Positions 56,375 to 63,959 of a DNA stretch of 64,000 nt are shown here, piece after piece (the stretch's first letter is position 1; each line of letters starts with the position of its first letter). The DNA is from a virus. A program made the position numbers and the translations under genes. The stretch is from IMG/VR virus record IMGVR_UViG_3300025133_000023. The stretch is one strand, 5' to 3'. A model generated the notes under the pieces. The model saw nothing but the letters and a program-made list of their open reading frames with translations. It had not been told where the DNA came from and did not search any database.

Positions 56375-57790
56375 ATGGGTGCACACTGGCTCGGACAGAA
56401 CTACATCGCCTGCAAGGGTGACGGCACCACCACCGCCAAGGGTGGAATCGCATTGAGCCCGAAGGAGGTCACCTGCCGCCGATGCCGTCGGTGGATCGTG
56501 ACCCTCATGGGAGCGAAACGATTCGACCGAAACTGGACAACGGAAGACGTCCAGGCCGCTGAGATCAACAACAACCCGGAGAACACCGACATGCCCCCGA
56601 CCGACCCCACCACGCCCGCCGCCCCCAACGCCTACAACTGCGCCAACTGCAACAAGGAGCAGAAGCTGACGATCGTCACCGACCAGAAGGTCTTCTGCGA
56701 CGAGAAGTGCATGCTGGAATACGTGCAGGCGAGTGCCAAGGAGCAGGATGATATGGACAAGGAGATCGACGACCTGATCGCCAAGGAGCGGGAGATCAAC
56801 AGCCCCAAGGGCACCACCCCCAAGACGGAGAGCAAGACCATGCCCGACCCGACCCCCACCGCCCCGACCAACGACAACCCCAACAAGGATGACAAGACCA
56901 TGACCGACCCGACCCCCACCGCCCCGCCCCTGTTCACCTACGACCCCGAGAACAAGGAGACCGCGTTCCACTACCAGAACCTCCCCGCCGCCATGGCTGA
57001 CTGGAAGGAGGCGATCGTCTTCAGCTACATGGGCAAGGACGACAAGAAGGTCATCCGCCGCGAGGAGATGGAGGTCAAGGACCTGATGAACCTGTTCGAG
57101 ACCATCCTGAACAACCGCACGGACAAGTACGGCTTCAACCCCATCCACCAGTACGTCTCCCTGACCGGTGACGTCACGCGGATGTTCGTCTACGCCGTGG
57201 ACCGCAAGACGAAGAAGGCGACCCACACCCTGATCGAGCTCAAGCTCAAGGGCAAGGGCGACAAGGCCCGCGTGGTGGACACCTGCCACAGCAACCCCCG
57301 GGGCAAGGGCAACCACCCCAACATGGTCGCGCTCGGCGTGGCCTTCTCGGCCTTCAAGGCCAACACCAACGACAAGGAGAGTGACATGGAGAAGAAGAAC
57401 GTGTTCATCCGCATGGCGCACAGCGTCAAGGACATGGCCATCAAGTTCGGCAAGAAGATGATGGGCTGGGCCCGCAGCTTCATGGGCTGGAACATCGAGC
57501 AGCGCTACGCCATCCTGGGTTCCGTGAGCGCGATGTACGGCGGCATGTGGTTCTGGTACCTGATGGGTGGCGCGCTGCCCATCTACGTGTTCGGCGTGAG
57601 CAACATCCTCTGGGTCGCGACCTGCGTCGGCTTCCTGGCGTCTTACGCGATCCTGGCCTACCTCTCCTACGCGGCCATCTACGCCGTCGTCGCGGGACTC
57701 GTGGCTCTGAAGAACACCGTGGGTGAGTTCATGGCCCTGAGCGATGCGTCCGTCTCCCCCGAGATGACCACCGCTGCCGCCAACGCCTAG
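56375..57790 (+). CDS. Multidomain protein: Zn-finger-like motifs, Pro/Thr repeats, C-terminal TM segments
   Basis: CRRC; CANC...FCDEKC; KTM(P/T)DPTPTAP twice; near-saturated GC3. Confidence 0.8.
   Translation: MGAHWLGQNYIACKGDGTTTAKGGIALSPKEVTCRRCRRWIVTLMGAKRFDRNWTTEDVQAAEINNNPENTDMPPTDPTTPAAPNAYNCANCNKEQKLTIVTDQKVFCDEKCMLEYVQASAKEQDDMDKEIDDLIAKEREINSPKGTTPKTESKTMPDPTPTAPTNDNPNKDDKTMTDPTPTAPPLFTYDPENKETAFHYQNLPAAMADWKEAIVFSYMGKDDKKVIRREEMEVKDLMNLFETILNNRTDKYGFNPIHQYVSLTGDVTRMFVYAVDRKTKKATHTLIELKLKGKGDKARVVDTCHSNPRGKGNHPNMVALGVAFSAFKANTNDKESDMEKKNVFIRMAHSVKDMAIKFGKKMMGWARSFMGWNIEQRYAILGSVSAMYGGMWFWYLMGGALPIYVFGVSNILWVATCVGFLASYAILAYLSYAAIYAVVAGLVALKNTVGEFMALSDASVSPEMTTAAANA
56833..56926 (+). 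repeat. 34-nt direct repeat (1 mismatch), 60-nt period
   Basis: CAAGACCATG(C/A)CCGACCCGACCCCCACCGCCCCG at 56833 and 56893. Confidence 0.85.
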
Positions 57791-57875
57791 TCTGGCAACC
57801 AACAACCCATAGCTGAAGTCTAACCCAGGGGAATGGCACGTGGACCCATACTAACCGTGCCCAAAAGGAGAACAC

Positions 57876-58382
57876 ATGTTCAACTGGTTGTGGAGCAAGA
57901 TCAAGGCTCCCTTTGAGACAGTTCCCGAGACCTTCGAGGTTCGGGATAGCGAGAACAACGCCATCGTGGCATACCAGCGGCCTGAGGAGATGGCCATCAA
58001 GCGGTGGGTGGCTGGAGCAGGCTACTCGATCCGTGAAGACATCGAAGAGGCCGTGGAGCTGGGGCAGGCGAGCACGCCCATGATCGGACTCGCCGTCCTC
58101 TACATCGGGATCATGTGGATCGGCTTGCTGGTCAGTGTGATCTTCGGCATGGCCCTGAAGGGAGCTGGTCTCCTGGCGATCTTGGTAGTGGTGTGGAAGA
58201 TCACCTACGTCATGGTCGTCGCCACCCTGTTCCTCGTCAGCATCTACGGGGCGTTCCTCGGACTCGCTCTCGTGATCGCGAAGCGGGGATGGAAGCTGTT
58301 CAACCGCTACATCCGGCGTGAGCCGATGTCGTGGAAGGATGCCTTCCAGCGTACCGTGGGCCGATTCGTCTACGCCAACTAA
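57876..58382 (+). CDS. Membrane protein, 168 aa
   Basis: SD AAAGGAG; hydrophobic C-terminal half. Confidence 0.75.
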   Translation: MFNWLWSKIKAPFETVPETFEVRDSENNAIVAYQRPEEMAIKRWVAGAGYSIREDIEEAVELGQASTPMIGLAVLYIGIMWIGLLVSVIFGMALKGAGLLAILVVVWKITYVMVVATLFLVSIYGAFLGLALVIAKRGWKLFNRYIRREPMSWKDAFQRTVGRFVYAN

Positions 58383-58513
58383 CCCATAGCTAGGAGAACA
58401 ACATGAACCCGATTAGGGCTCCTTGAGACTAACTGTTAACCTCGACCATGGGCGTATGTCGTTAAAGATCGCCCACCTTCGAGACAATCAACGTTACACG
58501 GAGATAGAGAACA

Positions 58514-59179
58514 ATGGCTACCAAGAGCAACGACCGCACCGGCCTCAACCGTCACCCCTTCAGCGATACGGGCGTCCACCCGTGGCGTTACCTGAACGTT
58601 CACATCAGCAAGATGCCGAAGCCCGTCCCGATGGTGGACTTCGAGCGGCTCGCTGAAACGGAGGGCGTCAGCCCCACCTTCATCGGCTACATCCGCAGCC
58701 ACGAGGGTGACTTCCTGGGTGATGATGGCATCGCGTGGACCGGCAACTACCGTGGGCTGAACGGGTTCCTGACGAAGGCTCTGTTCGAGCGGATCGATGG
58801 CATCCGCGAGATCATCGTCAAGAAGTCCTTCCTCGTGAAGGCCGACAAGACGATCAAGGGTGGGCACATGCCCACCTCCAAGTACAGCGAGAGCCTGTAC
58901 TGCCACCTCGTCATCGGTCCCGTCAAGGGCGAGAACCTGCAGCCGGACACGTCGTACGTCCAGAAGGGAGACAAGTACTACAAGGTGGTGGAGCTGAAGG
59001 GCTTCAACATCGTGGACGTGAACGACAACAGCTACGGGCTGCCCAAGCCCTGCGAGCACCCCGACGCCCCCAAGATCCGCAAGTGGGTCCAGGGGCTCTA
59101 CGCGGCTCACGCGGCGAAGATGGCCAAGGCCAAGGCCAAGGCGGCTGACGTCGACACGACCGAGGACAACCCGCTCTAG
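58514..59179 (+). CDS. Hypothetical soluble protein, 221 aa
   Basis: Strong codon bias; KAKAKA tail. Confidence 0.75.
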   Translation: MATKSNDRTGLNRHPFSDTGVHPWRYLNVHISKMPKPVPMVDFERLAETEGVSPTFIGYIRSHEGDFLGDDGIAWTGNYRGLNGFLTKALFERIDGIREIIVKKSFLVKADKTIKGGHMPTSKYSESLYCHLVIGPVKGENLQPDTSYVQKGDKYYKVVELKGFNIVDVNDNSYGLPKPCEHPDAPKIRKWVQGLYAAHAAKMAKAKAKAADVDTTEDNPL

Positions 59180-59193
59180 GTCAACAGAGCGAT

Positions 59194-59227
59194 CAGGGTG
59201 GGGGCTCTTAATTGAGCCCTCGCCCTG
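59194..59227 (+). promoter_or_regulatory. 14-bp RNA hairpin with 2 G-U pairs
   Basis: CAGGGTGGGGGCTC-TTAATT-GAGCCCTCGCCCTG; no U-tract. Confidence 0.6.
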
Positions 59228-59251
59228 GGTGGGAGAAAGGAGGTAGCAACA

Positions 59252-59464
59252 ATGGCCGCATTTGATGACTCTTCGTATCGCCGTGCTGCTTACAATGCGT
59301 TCTGCCCCCTGTGCTACACAAGGGTCAGAAAGAATGATCTCATCTGTCCACCCTACGGTGGTGGTAAGTGGGCACACTACTCGTGTGCGTTTGAGGTCAA
59401 TCATGGACGACCGCCCCAGCCCCCCCGGAGGGAGAAAGAAGAAAACCATGACCAAACTGAGTAA
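59252..59464 (+). CDS. Small Zn-binding protein (CPLC...WAHYSC)
   Basis: SD AAGGAGGT. Confidence 0.55.
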   Translation: MAAFDDSSYRRAAYNAFCPLCYTRVRKNDLICPPYGGGKWAHYSCAFEVNHGRPPQPPRREKEENHDQTE

Positions 59465-59609
59465 TCTACTCGAAACCTCAATCCCACCCCCGGAGGGGAA
59501 TCAAACCCTCCCCGGAGGGGAGTACAACCAGAACAACAACAACCATTCCTACTACTACTCTACTACTACTATAACCACAACTAACAATACCCTTAGAAAG
59601 GGAAAACAA

Positions 59610-60107
59610 ATGAGCGTTTTCGCAACCATGACTGCATGTGCAGTCGGTACCACTGTCACTGTCGGTCTGATTAAGACCGTCAAGGACCTCATCGTCCACC
59701 GCAAGGACCGCAAGCACGAGGCCTGGACCTGGAAGAAGAAGCTGAAGAGCTTCGCCTGGAGCTTGGCGTCCCTGCCTCTCACCGTTCTCAGCACGCCCTG
59801 GGAGGTCTTCATCAACGACCTGGGCTGGGGCCACACCTACAGGGGTGTGTGGTACCATCGTGTCCTGGCTGCTGCTCTCGTGGGCATCATTGCCTTCTTC
59901 AAGCCCCTGTGCTTGGCGACGGCTTTGATGTTCTACGGCTGCACCGGCCTTTACACGTGGTTCAAGGAGTGGGAGAACGACTACCACAACTCCTACCGTA
60001 GGGTCGTTAGTGAGTTCAGCAAGGCTGAGCCTGCTGCCACGCCCAAGCCGTCCGGCATCCACCACGAGTGGAAGGTCGTCCCCCCGGAGGGAGCTGGTGC
60101 CGAGTAG
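59610..60107 (+). CDS. Membrane protein (the frame is also open from ATG 59448)
   Basis: AAAGGGA SD-like site before 59610; the upstream in-frame part is low-complexity N/Y/T. Confidence 0.7.
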   Translation: MSVFATMTACAVGTTVTVGLIKTVKDLIVHRKDRKHEAWTWKKKLKSFAWSLASLPLTVLSTPWEVFINDLGWGHTYRGVWYHRVLAAALVGIIAFFKPLCLATALMFYGCTGLYTWFKEWENDYHNSYRRVVSEFSKAEPAATPKPSGIHHEWKVVPPEGAGAE

Positions 60108-60300
60108 GAACTACTGGAAGGCAAAGTATCGCGGAAGCGTCTGCATTCCCGGAGGGCATACGATTAACGGCGGTACGTTGATCTGTGTGTGGGGAGACCG
60201 GACAAACAAGCGATACGCATGCAAGCGCTGTGCGGAGAAGCATGACAAGAAGCAGAAGGTGGAGAAGAAGAAGCAGGACCCGCAAGGCTCCCTCTTCTAG
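60097..60300 (+). CDS. Small Cys-containing basic protein
   Basis: GTG after GGAGGGAG; YACKRCAE. Confidence 0.55.
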   Translation: MPSRNYWKAKYRGSVCIPGGHTINGGTLICVWGDRTNKRYACKRCAEKHDKKQKVEKKKQDPQGSLF

Positions 60301-60900
60301 ACTCCCCACTCAACGTTAACCTTAACTCCCTGTATGGGGACCTTAGTACACTGGTTAAGATTGAGGTTCGAGTTGTCTTCCCATACACAGCAATGTGTAT
60401 TCAGATGCTTGAATCGACGTTTTTGCTAGTGTGTTGAGGTCCCCCTATAGGGAAGAAAGGAGGTGTGAGCTTGGGTATACGAACCCAAGCGAGGAGAATG
60501 CCAGCACCCTAGGGGAAGGGGCTGGTTTGGGATTGTGAAGGTGTGAAGTTAGCGGAGTTTGGCCTAAACTCCGCGTAGTGACACCCAATCAACCTACCTG
60601 TCATTTGCAAGGGAATCTGCCCCATGTAGCATAGCTCTCTATGTGGGACAAGTTGTACTATATGCTGACGCTGTGCCTTGCAAGGCTATGACACCCCACT
60701 ATGAGCTTTCTGCAATCTCCCTTCAACAGCTATGCTGATTACCCCCCTGGCAACAGGGGGCACCATGGGAGCAACCCTACTAGCAAGGGTTTAATGTGCG
60801 GCGTTCAACTCCGCTTCAACAATCCTCAATCAAAGAGGGAGACAAGCATGATGCTGTTGTTGGGGAGTAAGATGAGAGGGTGAGTCTTTGTGGGGGACAG
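60301..60900 (+). ncRNA. Candidate structured non-coding RNA region
   Basis: Hairpins at 60383-60400 (GCAA loop), 60469-60490, 60552-60574 and 60743-60760 (GCAA loop); no convincing ORF. Confidence 0.4.
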
Positions 60901-60911
60901 ACCCTTAAATC

Positions 60912-60974
60912 AACCCTACCCCCATTAAACGAACCCTACCTCCATCTAAACACGAACCCTACCTCCATCTAAAC
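60912..60974 (+). repeat. Three tandem 20-23-nt repeats (AACCCTACCTCCATCTAAAC consensus)
   Basis: Units at 60912, 60932 and 60955. Confidence 0.8.
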
Positions 60975-61332
60975 TACTCTTCGAGCTCTTAACCCTATTC
61001 ATATTCAAGGGGAGAGACTCTGATAAGGTTAACTAACTCTACTAGGGTCATACCCATAGGGAGTATGGTAATGACAAAGGGGATAAGCGTTCGGGTCTGA
61101 TGACACCTCACTCACTAAGCCTAACCAACCTCACCTCCTACCTATCTTTCCATCTTCACCACTAACAAGGGCTAGCATCCTAACCAACAACAACGCCTGT
61201 CTTACTTCACCAACACTCAACCTAGGGTACATACCCAAACTACCCACTAACCTCTCCCTTTTACGGTACTAGGCACAAGGTTCAAGTGTCCAAAGAAGAG
61301 AGCTTTTTTGTTGTGAAACCTGTTAATCACCC

Positions 61333-61351
61333 TGATTCTTGAAAGGAATCA
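61333..61351 (+). promoter_or_regulatory. Conserved hairpin, copy 4 (TGATTC-TTGAAAG-GAATCA)
   Basis: Same loop, different fully paired stem. Confidence 0.7.
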
Positions 61352-61360
61352 ATACCAATC

Positions 61361-61801
61361 ATGGATAGCACCAAGTCCAACCTTCCTGATCGCGAATTCA
61401 CCCTTCACGAGCAGTCCCGCCTCGCCCGCTTCACCCGCATCCTCACCGTCATGACCATGGCTCGCAAGTATGAGGCCATGCTCAAGGTCAACCTCATCGA
61501 CGACCCGTTCAACATGAATCAGGTTCAGAAAGGCATGCTCGACAAGGTGGTGGGAATAGAGGTGGAGGCGTTCCTTCAGCGCCACATCTGCGTACCCAAG
61601 GGCAAGAGCGGCAGCAAGCCCTGTCGGGCGACCTGGACCAAGAACATCAGCGTGGGAGTGGACGACGCCTGGGTCGGCTTCGAGAACGGTCTCATCACCT
61701 GGGGTGAGTTCCTCAACCAGTACATCTTCGACTTCAACGAGCGCTTCAGCGGCTTCCTCAAGTACTGGGACATGAGCGCTGCTCGCAACCTGTTCGCCTA
61801 G
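61361..61801 (+). CDS. Hypothetical protein, 146 aa
   Basis: ORF track; follows hairpin copy 4. Confidence 0.75.
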   Translation: MDSTKSNLPDREFTLHEQSRLARFTRILTVMTMARKYEAMLKVNLIDDPFNMNQVQKGMLDKVVGIEVEAFLQRHICVPKGKSGSKPCRATWTKNISVGVDDAWVGFENGLITWGEFLNQYIFDFNERFSGFLKYWDMSAARNLFA

Positions 61802-61888
61802 GCTCAACTAGGCTCAACCAACAACAACTTCAGGTGGCTCCTTAGCACAATACGTGTTAGGGGGCCATACCTGTGTAATGGAGAGACA

Positions 61889-62491
61889 ATGGAATCCCTT
61901 CCTGGCTATGATAACTGGAAGCTCGCGACTCCTCCTGAGTACGAGTTCGACAACGAGTACCCTCACGACTGCGCCCCTCACGGTGAGCCCTGTCCCACCT
62001 GTCAAAACATCGAGATGGAAATGCTCGAAGCCATGCCCGAAGACAAGAGCGAATGCCCTCACTGCGATCAGCTCCCCTGTACGGGACTCAACATCCGTAC
62101 TAAGACCAACATCAATCACGAGGACACGTGCAACAAGTGGGTTCCTCACTGCGACTGCAACAAGATCTACGTCGATAAGTGGGTAGGAACTGTGCCCGAG
62201 TGCCAGCTCATGTGGGGTGGCCACTGCTACGGGGTCAAGCTCGACAACAACCAGAAATGCAGCTGCATTCCCGACATCACCCACTACTACACCATGCCCA
62301 ACGGCAAGGGGTTCCACATCTATCAGGTGTGGTATCCCTGCAGTGGCAGCATCTGGAAGTGCAAGTGTGGCCATGAAGACCACACCGGGGACACTGAGTG
62401 GGACAAGCACATCTGCACGCTCCGTAAGATGATCAAGACTTCTGCCAACACCTGGGTCAACGAGAACGACCCCACCGACATCCCCTTCTAG
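61889..62491 (+). CDS. Cys/His-rich multi-Zn-binding protein
   Basis: HDCAPHGEPCPTC, CPHCDQLPC, HCDC, WKCKCGH and others. Confidence 0.7.
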   Translation: MESLPGYDNWKLATPPEYEFDNEYPHDCAPHGEPCPTCQNIEMEMLEAMPEDKSECPHCDQLPCTGLNIRTKTNINHEDTCNKWVPHCDCNKIYVDKWVGTVPECQLMWGGHCYGVKLDNNQKCSCIPDITHYYTMPNGKGFHIYQVWYPCSGSIWKCKCGHEDHTGDTEWDKHICTLRKMIKTSANTWVNENDPTDIPF

Positions 62492-62500
62492 GAGAACACC

Positions 62501-62755
62501 ATGCAACTCACCATCACCTTCGACCCCTACGATGACCAACAGATTCACACTGCTCGTCAAATCGTCAACAAAGCCCACTACGGGTCCAATACCCGAAGGA
62601 TGAATAAAATCGAACTGATCAAAGCAATCCGCGCCGGTACTGAAGTCATCCGCAAACAAGACAAGGAAAGTGATACCAACTTCCCTGTATTTCCCACTCA
62701 GCTGGGACTCAAGGAAGCCAAGCGACTGGCTGACATCATGTGGGAACAGCTTTAG
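62501..62755 (+). CDS. Hypothetical protein; C-terminus resembles the L7/L12 C-terminal-like KIELIKAIR...LGLKEAKRL motif
   Basis: MNKIELIKAIRAGT...TQLGLKEAKRLAD. Confidence 0.6.
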   Translation: MQLTITFDPYDDQQIHTARQIVNKAHYGSNTRRMNKIELIKAIRAGTEVIRKQDKESDTNFPVFPTQLGLKEAKRLADIMWEQL

Positions 62756-62797
62756 TGTCAGTTCCAAGCTAAACCTTACATCCACGGGAGCACCTAG

Positions 62798-63256
62798 ATG
62801 ATCATCTACAAGGAAGGCGACCTGACCAAGTCAGGAGCTAACGTACTTATTCACGGCTGCAACTGCTACCACACTATGGGAAGCGGAGTAGCCCAAGCCT
62901 TACGAGCAGCATGGCCAAGGTGCTACACCGTCGACGTCATGACCACCAAGATTGCTGATGGCAGTAAGTTGGGCAACTGGTCCTGCTCCGGTGAAGCCAC
63001 CGCTGAAGAGCCTCTCATTATCAATCTCTACACCCAGTACAACTACGGGACCCATCAGCGCCAGCTCAACTATGAGGCTGTCGCAACCGGCATGCTTCAC
63101 ATAGCTCGTCGTCTAGAAGAGCTCGACCCCGACATGAATTGGCGTATAGCCATGCCTCGCATCGGAGCTGGCCTGGCAGGCGGAGACTGGGATATCATCG
63201 AGATGATGATCAACAAGGCCTTCGGTGATCGTGAAGTGGAAGTGTGGGTTCTTTGA
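62798..63256 (+). CDS. Macro domain protein (Appr-1-p processing family, T4 Tk.4-like)
   Basis: EGDLT, IHGCNCYHTMGSGVA, IINLYTQ, IAMPRIGAGLAGGDW. Confidence 0.9.
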   Translation: MIIYKEGDLTKSGANVLIHGCNCYHTMGSGVAQALRAAWPRCYTVDVMTTKIADGSKLGNWSCSGEATAEEPLIINLYTQYNYGTHQRQLNYEAVATGMLHIARRLEELDPDMNWRIAMPRIGAGLAGGDWDIIEMMINKAFGDREVEVWVL

Positions 63257-63387
63257 TGTCAAATTTCCGAATCCGAAAACACATGAAGAGTGTTGCCAAA
63301 GGCATGATTGAAGTAGTTCTATTCACCATCGTTCTGGCAGCAATCCACCTTGACCCAAGCCTGAGGATTGACCTCACCCCTCGATAG
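63256..63387 (+). CDS. Small hydrophobic protein, 43 aa
   Basis: TGATG overlap; its TAG overlaps the next SD (TAGGAG). Confidence 0.5.
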   Translation: MSNFRIRKHMKSVAKGMIEVVLFTIVLAAIHLDPSLRIDLTPR

Positions 63388-63397
63388 GAGTCAACTC

Positions 63398-63742
63398 ATG
63401 CTTCAAGCCATTAAGGACCTAGCTTCACCCTGGAACTTTGAGTTGGGATGCAAGTCTCTCCTTATCCTCAACTTCCTTGACGCCATCTTCACCCTCATTT
63501 GGGCACTTACCGGAGCCTTAGTAGAAGCCAATCCCGTAATGGCGGCAGCTATTGCAACAGGACCAGGCTTCTTCATCTGGACCAAGGTGATTCTGGTCTG
63601 TCTGGGAATCTGGTTGCTATGGAGACAACGCCATCGTTTGTGGGTACGAGTCGTCATGGTTCCTGTTTTGCTTCTCTACACCTTTATTGTGGCAGGACAC
63701 CTTGGGGCTTTCCTCTTTGTCTACTGGCCCATTTTCTTCTAG
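63398..63742 (+). CDS. DUF5658-like membrane protein
   Basis: LILNFLDAIFT...EANPVM...WTKVIL. Confidence 0.7.
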   Translation: MLQAIKDLASPWNFELGCKSLLILNFLDAIFTLIWALTGALVEANPVMAAAIATGPGFFIWTKVILVCLGIWLLWRQRHRLWVRVVMVPVLLLYTFIVAGHLGAFLFVYWPIFF

Positions 63743-63752
63743 GAACCTAACA

Positions 63753-63959
63753 ATGACCAACAAAGAACTATGTGATGCAATCGCATCACACTATTCCACT
63801 ATTTTTGGGCCCACCCGTACTGATGTACTCGATGCCCTAGACAAACTCATCGACTCCGAAGAGTCTGCCTGGAAACAGCTGGAAGAGCTCAAGGACAACG
63901 ACAAGTCCATGCAAGAACCTCGCGACCTCAACACCACCCTCAAGATACTAGACAACTAG
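63753..63959 (+). CDS. Small hypothetical protein, 68 aa
   Basis: SD TAGGAA; ORF track C-terminal part. Confidence 0.6.
   Translation: MTNKELCDAIASHYSTIFGPTRTDVLDALDKLIDSEESAWKQLEELKDNDKSMQEPRDLNTTLKILDN

Noticed and set aside
46699-59455. Long minus-strand ORFs in the right arm (46699-48021, 49835-50662, 56369-57805, 58436-59455, 61814-62785)
   Set aside because: Expected antisense shadows of GC3-rich genes; V/L/G/D-biased composition.
60360-60500. GGTTCGAG resembling a tRNA T-loop
   Set aside because: No flanking T-stem or cloverleaf.
60912-60974. Tandem repeats as a CRISPR mini-array
   Set aside because: Units abut with 0-3 nt between them; no spacers and no cas genes.
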